From: Octopus bimaculoides
Lineage: Eukaryota
Length of the DNA: 40,835 nucleotides
NCBI RefSeq assembly: GCF_001194135.2
Contig: NC_068996.1
Location: forward strand, 49,324,810 to 49,365,644
Reading direction: 5' to 3'
The position numbers and the translations under genes were made by a program. The notes beneath the pieces were generated by a model, which was given only the letters and a program-made list of their open reading frames with translations, made no database searches and had not been told where the DNA came from. Shown here in pieces: positions 11,063-21,039 of the stretch (its first letter is position 1; every line of letters begins with the position of its first letter).

Positions 11063-11570
11063 ATACCGAAAAGAAGAAAGCTATATAACCTCAGGTTTCC
11101 GCAAAAAAATTATTAAAACGATAATGCAGGATAATAATTTTTTATGTGAACAGGATCACTGCTCCCATGCCTGTTATGATATCCCAAGCTTTAGGTCTAT
11201 ATATAACATATACGCTAGGTCGCTCATTTTAAAGTCTGCTGAAGTTGCCCGAATGGAAAATTCGGAAATCTTGACAGCGGCAAATATTAAGCAAGTTATT
11301 GAATCAGATGAAGAGTTTAGTCACCTTCGTAATTCGGTTGCCAAGTTTGTTGACCGCAATTTCTTGGCAAAAACTATGGAGAAACGTGAAATAACGGTTG
11401 CAAATTGTAGATTCCTGAAGAGAAAACTTTCGTCTACAAGTGACGAGCCTCAACAGACGAAAAAAATAATATCAAAGGATATTCCTGGAGATGATAATGA
11501 GAAATCGCATCAGATAAGTACGACTTTCGAATGTGTGGCTCGTCCTTCTACTTCTGTCTCAAACTTATGA
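11063..11570 (+). pseudogene. DRAP1: Intronless, divergent DRAP1 (NC2-alpha)-like histone-fold gene copy with disabled start and three indels
   Basis: Three-frame reconstruction: (I)PKRRKLYNLRFPQK / IIKTIMQDNNF / YVNRITAPMPVMISQALGLY / ARSLILKSAEVARMENSEILTAANIKQVIESDEEFSHLRNSVA. It is colinear with human DRAP1 as recalled ([88 protein letters not shown]), about 34/88 identities by hand. Lesions: ATG>ATA at 11063, +1 in A7 (11103-11109), +1 in T6 (11138-11143), +11 nt (11203-11213). An open ~75-aa tail runs to the stop at 11570. Confidence 0.82.
11124..11570 (+). CDS. Residual 148-aa ORF of the DRAP1-like copy (C-terminal half of histone fold plus tail); translation unproven
   Basis: ORF track; frame is stop-free from 11001. 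From residue ~30 it matches DRAP1 helices 2-3-C. Confidence 0.3.
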   Translation: MQDNNFLCEQDHCSHACYDIPSFRSIYNIYARSLILKSAEVARMENSEILTAANIKQVIESDEEFSHLRNSVAKFVDRNFLAKTMEKREITVANCRFLKRKLSSTSDEPQQTKKIISKDIPGDDNEKSHQISTTFECVARPSTSVSNL

Positions 11571-11856
11571 CTTTTCTTAAAGAGTTTTCTTTAACAGGGG
11601 CTCCTGTTTTATTTTCCCCTAGTTTTACACATTTGAAATAACAGAAAGAAGATGATGACACTGTGATTGCCACGTCTTTATAGAAGGCTATCTTTTTAAT
11701 TAGATATTTGAAGATATGACCTTCTGTAATTTAAAAAAACAAATAATGCTGTTATTTAATTTCATACGACTAGAAAGTCGCTGCGGCAGATGTTACATTT
11801 TCAGGTAGAAAAGTATCTGGGATTGAAGTCAGGTCCCGTTTACGAAGTGCTCATTT

Positions 11857-11866
11857 CAAGATGGCG
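11857..11866 (+). promoter_or_regulatory. YY1-type motif CAAGATGGCG in a CpG-retaining non-repeat segment
   Basis: Exact match to the AAGATGGCG core; function unverified. Confidence 0.3.
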
Positions 11867-13445
11867 TGTTCGATTTTCAGTGTTTAAAATTGCTTTACAA
11901 CCATCCTAGAGCACTTCTTTCGAAAACGATCGGTTTTTTGTCATCTACTTTCGTGTTTTCTGCATCCTTACACACACAACGCCCGAAAGAATACATCCAA
12001 AAGATGCCCCTCCTTTATTCAGCTTTGGTAACTGTAGGTTTGACCAGGAGGACGACGAAACTACATCTTCGTTCTGGGTCATTTAAACGACCTAAGAGAA
12101 CTGCTGCATTTCTCCCCAAGGTTTACCCAATGACTGGACCTTTTGTATGAAACTACTTGTTCTTTTTGTTGTAGTTAATGGCTTTTCTTCTTCCATCACC
12201 AACTTGATTAGGTGGTCCTTGCATTTCTTGCTTTGGGATGTGAGTGAGTGTCATGAACACATTGTCACGGTGTTACATGTTCCCTTCCTCTTTGGAAAAA
12301 AAAAAACTCTGACAAGATGTCCCATAAACTCTACACAGCTACCCCACTCCTTGCATGCCTTAGTGTACCGTCTGCTGAGGTTTATTGGTGTTCGGTGTCT
12401 GATATGCATTGCTCGTAGCAAGAAGACGATCCGGAAGGACTGACTCCAGTTTGCCTATATATATATATAATATTAAGGATAAAAATCCAAATTTGCAGGT
12501 AAAAACTCAATTAAATTCAAATTATTAAAAATTAAAATTAAATTTTCACTGTATTATTTATTGTGCTTTTACTTATTAATTTTTCTATATGTGACAGTGG
12601 ATTTTCATCGATGAGTTCATGAACCTTGGTCCTTTTCCCTAAAACTATATATATATATAATATTAAGGATAAAAATCCAAATTTGCAGGTAAAAACTCAA
12701 TTAAATTCNNNNNNNNNNTATATATGTCTTTTTACGTATTTGTACGTGTATATAAATATATATTTATGTATGCGCACATGTGTATTTATGTATTTTTAGA
12801 AGAAAAAAAAAAATGAAGTTTTCTCTCATTAGAATTATCTCGTTTGTTGCTTTTAAATTTTAAACACTCTTAGAATGAGATTTTTGTCTTCTAACTTTAT
12901 GAATAATATCAATTAATCGGAGGTACTATGTTCTTTGAACTCACTATATTACATATTTGACTCTATATCGTTTATGCATTCGAAATTGGAAAAGCTACCA
13001 TAGCATGTTTTCTCTCATAGCTCTGTTGCTCACATTAATAATCAACTCTACTAAATTCCTCTATTTTCAACATACATCGTGCATTTGTTTTACGTCCATT
13101 TTTGTTCTCGTGTTTTGCATGGATTGGCAATGGCGTAGCCAACACGGGAGCGAACGTTCACCACCACCAAACATACTTTTCAAAATTGGCGCCTTTTGAA
13201 TAATTTCCCTTTTAATGGTTCACTTATGCGATAAAAGTCGAACCCCCATCCATGGAATTTCATTTTTTCCACGTTACACATACTTTCATACATAATGACG
13301 CCATAACCTCTCGACACCGGATGATCCCGTGAAGTGTCATTTTTTTTTTTTCATGTCACACCCATATCAATAGTTGTAAGTTTCACACAATATTTGTTAT
13401 TGCAACCTGCAATTAATAATTGTAGAATACAAATACCTATACTGG

Positions 13446-13533
13446 CGAAGGTAAAGAATACGTACACCACCCGTTTTCGGCGTGACAAAAACCCTAAAGT
13501 CTAACCACCGGATGTGCGTATTCTTTACTTTCG
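13446..13533. repeat. Short foldback (19/21-bp arms) around an aaaccctaa core
   Basis: cgaaggtaaagaatacgtaca / tgtgcgtattctttactttcg. Confidence 0.75.
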
Positions 13534-13656
13534 ACCCTATATTTATAACTAATGAAATATTTTGCGTAATATAAGAGAAACGAGTTTAAAATTGTTTGGT
13601 ATGTGTCATAGCGCCTTTTTAAAAAATTTATGTGCTCGCCCCCACTAACTTTGTGG

Positions 13657-13750
13657 AAGCACGTGGCTTAATGGTTAAAATGCTGGACTCCTGATCGTAA
13701 GTTTGTGGTTTCGGTTCACGTTGCTTCAGTCCACTCAGCTGGCAAAAACG
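13657..13750 (+). mobile_element. Family C SINE head fragment
   Basis: gaagcacgtggcttaatggtt...gtggtttcggttc...ccactcagctggcaaaaa. Confidence 0.6.
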
Positions 13751-13775
13751 GTGTTCCATATATATATATATATAT

Positions 13776-14155
13776 ACACCAGAGTAAGCACATAAATGCG
13801 AAACAAGGTGGAAAAAATAGTACTCGAATACCAGAGGTAGAGTAATATGCTTTATTAAAAAGCAGCAAAAATATCACCACGTTCCCGTTCGTCAAGCTAT
13901 TTTTGATTTAAGATTTTCTTCGATTTTTATGATTTTAAACCACAATTTGTTATTTCATGCAACCGGTTATTGAAAATACCGTTTGTTGAAAGGACCAATG
14001 AAACAAAACCATTTTCAAATGTGTATCTATCAAAGTAATTGTATTTCTGCATATAACTTTATCATGCTCCATTCTAAACAAAACTGTCCGACAAACGGGA
14101 ACGTGAAACTCTGAGTAACAGTTTTTATGATATTTTTGCTGCTTTTTAATAAAGT
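13776..14155. mobile_element. E1 relic: left arm 13776-13890 and inverted right arm 14094-14155
   Basis: aaaagcagcaaaaatatca..acgttcccgtt versus aacgggaacgtg...tgatatttttgctgctttt. Confidence 0.5.
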
Positions 14156-14174
14156 ATGTGTGTGTGTATATATA

Positions 14175-14350
14175 TATATATGGGAGAATATACAAAAAAT
14201 AACAACAGACGAGGACAGGTGGTGTAAATAACAAAAGTATATATTAGTATGACGCTCGGGAATACGGAAAGTCTTTGACGTTTCGAGCTACGCTCTTCAA
14301 CAGAAAGAATACGGAGACAAGGAGAAAAACACGGAGAAAAAAAATTGAAT
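14175..14350 (-). mobile_element. PLE-like relic E2 carrying a minimal hammerhead
   Basis: Reverse complement homologous to 20820-21030 and 28500-28680; flanked by (TA)n on both sides. Confidence 0.6.
14272..14308 (-). ncRNA. Minimal type I hammerhead motif with A6U core variant
   Basis: Minus strand TCTTT-CTGTTGA-A-GAGC-gta-GCTC-GAAA-C-GTC-AAAGA: 5-bp stem I, 4-bp stem II, palindromic ACGU stem III. Confidence 0.6.
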
Positions 14351-14770
14351 ATATATNNNNNNNNNNNNNNNNNNNNNNNNNNNNNNNNNNNNNNNNNNNN
14401 NNNNNNNNNNNNNNNNNNNNNNNNNNNNNNNNNNNNNNNNNNNNNNNNNNNNNNNNNNNNNNNNNNNNNNNNNNNNNNNNNNNNNNNNNNNNNNNNNNNN
14501 NNNNNATATATATATATATATACGCCGTGGAAACCGGGAAACCGGCCCTTATGAGTCTATATGACTGACTTTAGAACCTGGCTATGCTTCTCTCGTTTGG
14601 AAGTTGGAATCTGTTGTTTGCGAAATTGTTTCACACCGGATGTTCTTTTAAGCACTAACTTGTTTTGCTTGTTGGCAGGAGAAACTGACAACAATGCTGT
14701 CTTCTCGCTGTACTTTCGTACAAGCAATCGCAGATTGCAGAGACGGATAAGCAAACACACATGCACGCAC

Positions 14771-14890
14771 GACAGTTATCTCCAGTTTCCGTCTACCAAA
14801 TCCAATCACAAATCTTTGGTTGGGCCAAAGCAATCGGAGGTAACACTTGTCGAAAGTGCCGCGCAGTGGGACAACCCAAGACCACAGCCA
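14771..14890 (-). mobile_element. Family A SINE 5' part
   Basis: cagtttccgtctaccaaatcc...gcgcagtgggac. Confidence 0.7.
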
Positions 14891-15320
14891 TATTGACAAC
14901 TTCCAATTCTTTCCAGCTTGGTTGCAGATGCTTTGCTGGTGAGGTTAGACAAGATCGAAACATGCATTACTTTTAACATTTGGCTTTTAGGAAAAACTCT
15001 ATTCAACAGATGAATTGTTTTTATTTTTGAAATTTCATATTTGCATATATTACTGAAGATATCTCCCTTGAGGGAGTTTATGACTGCTAATTACTTGGAT
15101 AATCTGTTAATTGCAGTTTTACAATGTACTGTAATATAACTCTACTGTATTTGTAATTCTTATACAGAACACCTCTCTGAAATATTTTTCTCTTCAGCCA
15201 TACAGTATGACTGAGTGTGTGAGGGAGAACATTTGCACGTGTGTGTGTGTGTGTATTACGTGCATTTAGAGTAGTGTCAGGAACTATATGCATGCACATT
15301 CATTTGTGTATGTGTATATG

Positions 15321-15356
<36 letters not shown>

Positions 15357-15883
15357 TGTTGTGTGTGCGTATTTGTATATGTATATATAAATGTTATTCA
15401 CGTACGTGTCTGTCTCCTTGTAATTTATGCATTTGTCTTTCTATAATTTATTTATGTATTTGTATGACTATGCTGGTTCCTAGGTTGCTTCAAAAGTAAA
15501 TAGTCACACCTCGTTGCTATGCTTACTGACAAATGAGTAGTTATTGTGAAATCTGGTTGTCATAATCATCATCATCATCATCATCGTCATTGCCGCTGTT
15601 TAACAGACACACTTTTCACGTTGTTGCGTTGTCAGACAAAGGAAGATGTATGTGCAACTAGAAATTGTCTTCTGAGATAAAAACCAATAGCTATAGTACT
15701 TCTGTGTATTTTCTGTGATTGTTATCATTTATGATGTAACGATACATATGTCTAGCTCTCTATCTATATCTATCTCCCCCCACCTGTCTCTATCTATGTA
15801 TATTTCACAGGTATAGAAATAGATAGATTGATATGTGTATGTACGTGCCTCTGTGTGTGTGTATACACACATATGATTACACA

Positions 15884-16102
15884 CGAAGAGGTGCTGGAAA
15901 GTTGCTCGTTTTAGGTGAATGAAAATACAGGAGGGTCAGTTAATTATGATTTTATTCAATATTTTCCCCTCTGGGATTCACACACTTATTGCAGTCGTCC
16001 TTCAAATTTTTCTAAGCTCTGTAAAAAGAACTTGGAAAGTTGAGCTTCCAACCAGGCCTTTCACAATACCCTTAAAACCACGAACTTTTCATCACCTCCT
16101 CA
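15884..16102 (-). mobile_element. mariner-derived MITE (both TIRs plus transposase C-terminal codons)
   Basis: TIRs cgaagaggtgctggaaagtt / aacttttcatcacctcctca|TA; interior is the reverse complement of the 5619 copy. Confidence 0.7.
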
Positions 16103-16164
16103 TACGTGTATATATTGATAGAATCTGTGTCTGTGTGTGTATATATATATATAGATGTATATGT

Positions 16165-16547
16165 GGAAGGGCAATGGCCTAGTGGTTCGGGCGGCAGACT
16201 CGCGATACTAGGATCGCGGTTTCGATTCCCAGACCGGGCGTTGTGAGTGTTTATTCAGCAAAAATGCCTAAAGCTTCACGATGTTCCGGCAGGGGATGGT
16301 GGCGAACCCCGCTGTTCTCTTTCACCACCACAACGTTCTGTCACTCTTTCTTCCTGTTTCTGTTGTGCCTGTAATTCAAAGGGTCAGCCTTGTCACACTC
16401 TGTGTCACACTGAATCTCCCCGAGAACTACGTTAAGGGTACACGTGTCTGTGGAGTGCTCAGCCACTTGCACATTACTTTCATGAGCAGGCTGTTCCGTT
16501 GATCGGATCAACCTGAAGCCCTCATCGTCGTAATCGACGGAGTGCCA
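16165..16547 (+). mobile_element. Family C SINE, full length
   Basis: Colinear with the 31741 copy. Confidence 0.85.
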
Positions 16548-16623
16548 CGTATATATGTATATAGATATGTGTGTGTGTGATGTTTTAAATAGTTGAAATT
16601 TATTGGCTTACCACATTAATTAG

Positions 16624-16857
16624 GTACTACTAAAGCAGCGCGGACCCGAACGCGCTAGCTAGTCTTGAGTGGTCGATCCTAACCCTATCCCTATCCCTAG
16701 CCCTAACCCTAACCCTATCCCTAACCCGTGTGTGCAAATGAATACGTGTTTAGGGATAGGGGTTAGGGTTAGGGATAGGGTTAGGAATAGAGTTAGGGTT
16801 AGGATCGACCACTCACGACTAGCTAGTGCGTTCGGGTCCGCGCTGCTTTAGTAGTAC
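16624..16857. mobile_element. Foldback MITE-like element with ~55-bp TIRs plus inward CCCTAA/TTAGGG-type repeats
   Basis: gtactactaaagcagcgcggacccgaacgc...gagtggtcgatcctaaccct is inverse to agggttaggatcgaccactc...gcgttcgggtccgcgctgctttagtagtac. Termini are compatible with a TA or GTAC target duplication. Confidence 0.8.
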
Positions 16858-17368
16858 TCATTAATTATATTAGCGCCAACTTTACCGTTAAAATTCCATT
16901 TCCAGAGTTTCGTGATTTAAAATTTTTATTGATTACATCAAGTGTCTCTTTTTGTGTTTTGATCAAAGAACAGTCATCTGCACAAGCCATCAGGAATTGT
17001 TTGCAAGATTTTGTAGAACACTTCTGTTATAAATCCAATTCTAATTTAGGATATTGTAAATGAACATTAAATTGATATTTTCCTACATATGCACGACAAT
17101 ACCAATTAACATTGTCCTACATGTGCATCTGGTAGTGGCCCACATGTTTGGGGACTTCCAGTATTTTGAGGAATGTAAAACCACCTCTTATCCATTGTTG
17201 TTTCAAGGTCTACTCTGATCCGGAGTGGTAGGACCTACCAGGGTCCCGGCCATGGGCTAAATAGCATGTAACCACTTGAGCCAGGGTACATTGAATTCAC
17301 AGGATGCAGTGTAGCATATTTGGATGTGAATTATTTTACTATTCTGGCAAAGGGATTTTACTGTATCA

Positions 17369-18068
17369 GTGGTGAATATCACCAGATGCCGAGATTATGA
17401 ACTGACAATAAACGATCAACAACCAGAATCAACCGGTTCAGTTAACAAACCAATGTTATCAGCTGTAATCATGGAATGCAGAGGTGAGATATTTTNNNNN
17501 NNNNNNNNNNNNNNNNNNNNNNNNNNNNNNNNNNNNNNNGTTATCAGCTGTAATCATGGAATGCAGAGGTGAGATATTTTTGCTAGGAAAAGACAAATGT
17601 GACTAAAAACCAAGCCAGATGTTTGAGTCAATGGTGAATGCCACTAAATGCTGAGCAGGTGAATGGACAAGAAACTGTCAATGGTCAAGATCAACCAGTT
17701 TAGTTAGTGGTGAGCTAATGCTACTATCATCTGTAGCTGTGACATGCGCAGATGAGATATTTCAGTTAGAAAAAGACCAATGTAGCTGAAACCTAAGTCA
17801 GATGTTCAAATTAATGGTGAATCAAATCAATATCACTAAATACTAAGCAGATGAACTGACAACAAATGATCAACCGGTTCAGTTAACAAACCAATGTTAT
17901 CAGCTGTAATCATGGAATGCAGAGGTGAGATATTTTTGCTAGGAAAAGACAAATGTGACTAAAAACCAAGCCAGATGTTCGAGTCAATGGTGAATGTCAC
18001 CAGATGCTGAACAGATGAACAGACAACAAACTGTCAATGGCTAGGCTCAACCAGTTCAGTTAGTGATC
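17369..18068. repeat. Degenerate tandem repeat, ~173-183-bp monomers in A-B-A-B order
   Basis: (a/g)tggtgaat anchors at 17369, 17631, 17814, 17987; 17540-17640 is nearly identical to 17897-17996. Confidence 0.8.
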
Positions 18069-18574
18069 TAAAGCCTGTGTGTGTGTATTCTTTCACTCTT
18101 CTACACGTTTCAGTCATTTGACTGAAACTATGCTGAAGCCCCACCTTAAACTAGTTATTCAGAGGATTTGTTCTTGTTAAGAGAGTAATTTCAATTATTC
18201 TAAATTTGTTGGATTATTGCATTAATTACTGAACTGTTAGCGGTCAGTTTAAACATCACATAGTGTTTAGTCATGTGAATTTACATTCAATTTTCAAATC
18301 TCCACCAAAGTAAGACAGCCTTTCAGAAAGGATTCAAGAAGAAAAACCAAAAGTATATATATATTGGTGCTATCATGCAAAAGTGTTGTAAGTCCATTTC
18401 ACCATTCCATAGCAAAACTGTTGTACTACACTTTGACAATTTTTGATATCTTGGCATCTGAAGCAGCTGGAGATACGATAACTTGAACAAGCAAAAATAA
18501 ATATTGAAAAAAAACGCATTTGGACATACAACAGTTTTACATAATAGCAACAATGTATATAATCCTTTCTAATA

Positions 18575-18778
18575 AAGACACAAGGCCTGAAATTTTGAGG
18601 GAGGGGTCTAGTCGATTATATCAGCCCCAGTGCTTGGCTGGTACCTCATTTTATCAACCCCAAAAGGATGAAAGGCAAAGTCAACCTCGGCAGAATTTGA
18701 ACTCAGAATGTAGTGATGGGCAAAATACTGTTAAGCATTTTGTCCAATGTGCTAACAATTCTGCCAGCTCACCACCTT
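18575..18778 (-). mobile_element. Family B SINE
   Basis: aaaaggatgaaaggcaaagtcaacctcggcagaatttgaactcagaa...ctgccagctcaccacc. Confidence 0.8.
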
Positions 18779-18977
18779 GAAACAATATATATAATGTAGA
18801 ATGGAAAGCTTCTATTAGAAATTCTTTGTGCATTAATTAATTTAATCAGTTATGAAACATGTTTGATTTATAATCATTTGGGTGAATATAATGTCTCTAG
18901 GTACATTTTATTTGTCTAGCCCCGTTGATCAGGTAACATTTAATGATACTCTGTAACATAATTTTATAAAATAACTC

Positions 18978-19250
18978 AGAGTGCATGGCCTAGTGCTTAG
19001 GGATGTTGCACTCAGAGTCTGGAATGGTGATTTCAATTCTCAGACCGGGCAATGCTTTGTGTTCTTGAGCAAAACATTGAATTTCACATTGCTCACTTTG
19101 ATGCCTGACATGCGACCTACCATGCACCTGTACAGGTAATGTGGATTTGATAGAGGGATTGAGCTAATGTACAGCATAGATATTTGATTGCTATAAGCAA
19201 AACATTTGTGGAGGTTGTTCAGCAAGAAATTGCAGAACTGTCTTTCTGAG
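18978..19250 (+). mobile_element. Family C-related SINE variant
   Basis: gtgcatggcctagtgcttagg head, gtgttcttgagcaaaaca core, different tail. Confidence 0.6.
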
Positions 19251-19282
19251 ACTCAAGAGACTACCAATAAGAAAAAGATGAA

Positions 19283-19443
19283 AGTGGGTGTGTGGTAAGA
19301 AGCTTGCTTACCAACCACTTGTTTCAGGGTTCAGTCCCACTGCATGGTACCTTGGAAAAGTGCCTTCTTCTATAGCCTTGAGCCAACCAAAGCCTTGTGA
19401 GTGGATTTGGTAGACGGAAACTGAAAGAAGCCTGTTGTGTATG

Positions 19444-19474
<31 letters not shown>

Positions 19475-19752
19475 CATCATTGTCGTTTAATGTCCGCTTT
19501 CTATGCTGGTATGGTTTGACTGAGAAGCTGAAAGGGATGCACCAGGCTCCAATCTGATATATGTATGTATCTGTGTGTGTCTCCCCCACCACCACCTATC
19601 ACCTGACGCCAATGTTGGTGTGTTTATGTCCCTGCAACTTAGTGGTTTGGCAAAAGAGACTGATAGAATAAGTACTAGGCTTACAAAGAATTAGTTCTGC
19701 AGTGCTCCAGCATGGCCGCAGTCAAATGACTGAAACCAGTAAAAGAATCAAA
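19283..19752 (+). mobile_element. Family A SINE, full length, with a family D fragment (19475-19556) in its (TA)n core
   Basis: Colinear with the 2601 copy. Confidence 0.8.
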
Positions 19753-19794
19753 GAATGACTCTGCAGTTATTTATTTTCGTCTTTTACATGTTTT

Positions 19795-19960
19795 GTGTAG
19801 TGCCACTTAAAAGGTACCCAGTACACTCTGTGAAGTGGTTTGCATTAGGAAAGACATCCAGCTGTAGAAACCATTGGAGCGAGGTGCAGCTCATCAGCTT
19901 GCCAGCTCCTGTCAAACTATTCAACCCATGCCAGCATGAAAAACAGACTGATGATGATGG
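19795..19960 (+). mobile_element. Family D retroposon 3' part with (ATG)n tail
   Basis: cagtacactctgtgaagtgg...caacccatgccagcatgaaaa...atgatgatg. Confidence 0.7.
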
Positions 19961-19970
19961 TTTTTACATA

Positions 19971-20120
19971 TTTCAATCATTGGACTGCAGCCATACTGGA
20001 GCACTGTATTTCCATCAACCGAATTCACTGACAAGACTCTAGAAAAAACTTCCCCAAGATGTCATTCATTAGGATTGAACCTAGAACCATATGGTTGCCA
20101 AGCAATCTTCTTAACCACAC
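19971..20120 (-). mobile_element. Family A SINE tail and head fragments
   Basis: tcattggactgcagccatactggagcac; ggattgaacctagaaccatatgg. Confidence 0.55.
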
Positions 20121-20631
20121 TATTGTCTGTTCTTTTATTCTTCTCTCTACACAATTTGATTTTTGATTTTTCCTTCTTTTATTTTTATTGTTATTTTTAT
20201 GTTTCTTTTCATGTCGTAGGAGAGTAAATGTCTTTAAATTCCAATAAAGTGAGGAAAGAATTTTGGTAGGGAGAATGGGTTTTGTTTTTGGTTTTTTTTT
20301 TTCTCCCCACAAAGATATTCCTACTTGGAAGGACATACCCCAATTTTGACATGAAAAAAAAAAAAGGGGGAGGGAGAAGCAGGGAACCAAACAAATACAG
20401 AACTCGGATCTCACAAGATACCAGCATTTCCACATACTTTGCCAAAATGCTTTGTTTGTGATTTAGACACAGATCCTGTTGGTCTTTTATGCTTTACATT
20501 TATTTTTTTTTGGTTCTACGGTATTTGAAACATAAGCTTAACATAGACAATTCCCATCACACACGCACTCACACACCTCTGGGGTTAAAATTGGGTCATG
20601 AAAAAAGGAAATGCATTCTTTTATTCTTTTT

Positions 20632-20812
20632 TTGTTTCAGTCATTTGACTGCAGCCATGCTGGAGCACCACCTTTAGTTGAACAAATCAACTCCAGGACT
20701 TATTCTTTTTGAGCCTAATACTTATTCTATCAGTTTCTTTTGCCAATTTTCTGAGTTATGAGGATGTAAACACACCAACATTAGTTGTCAAGCAATAGTG
20801 GGGGGAGGGATG
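20632..20812 (-). mobile_element. Family A SINE 3' half
   Basis: tttcagtcatttgactgcagccatgctggagcaccacc... Confidence 0.75.
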
Positions 20813-20819
20813 AAGCTTT

Positions 20820-21030
20820 TGAATTTTTCTTAAAAATGTTTTTATACTTTCTAAACTTTTTTTGTCTCTCCTTGTTTCTTTGTGTTCCTTTCTGTGGAAG
20901 AGCGTAGGCTCGAAACATTAAAGACTTTTTCAATTCTCAAGTATTATACTAATACATCTGTTTGTTTTCTACACCACCTGTCTTCGTCTTTGTTTTTTTT
21001 TTTGTTTTTTTTGTGAACTCTCCCACGATA
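20820..21030 (+). mobile_element. PLE-like relic E2
   Basis: ctaatacatctgtttgttt..tacaccacctgtcttcgtct shared with the 14175 copy. Confidence 0.6.
20887..20925 (+). ncRNA. Minimal hammerhead motif, same family as 14272, cleavage site mutated
   Basis: ccttt-CTGTGGA-A-GAGC-gtag-GCTC-GAAA-C-ATT-aaagac. Confidence 0.45.
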
Positions 21031-21039
21031 TATATATAT

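Noticed and set aside
11016-11094. 79-nt intron that would bypass the first DRAP1 frameshift
   Set aside because: No polypyrimidine tract, it would delete the DRAP1-homologous PKRRKLYNLR segment, and there is no upstream in-frame ATG.
12608-12624. TCGATGA-GTTC-at-GAAC as a hammerhead half
   Set aside because: Two core deviations and no GAAA, stem III or cleavage site before the element is truncated.
12455-12708. Exact ~64-bp direct repeat (12455 and 12645) beside a 10-N gap
   Set aside because: Identical copy ending at a gap; most likely a contig-overlap artefact, though a PLE-type tandem pLTR cannot be excluded.
17496-17580. 41-bp duplication across the gap in the tandem repeat
   Set aside because: Cannot separate a collapsed repeat unit from an overlap artefact, so it is not counted as an extra monomer.
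18400-18530. DNF*YLGI* resembling a LINE RT motif (F.YLG)
   Set aside because: Too short and stop-ridden to call.
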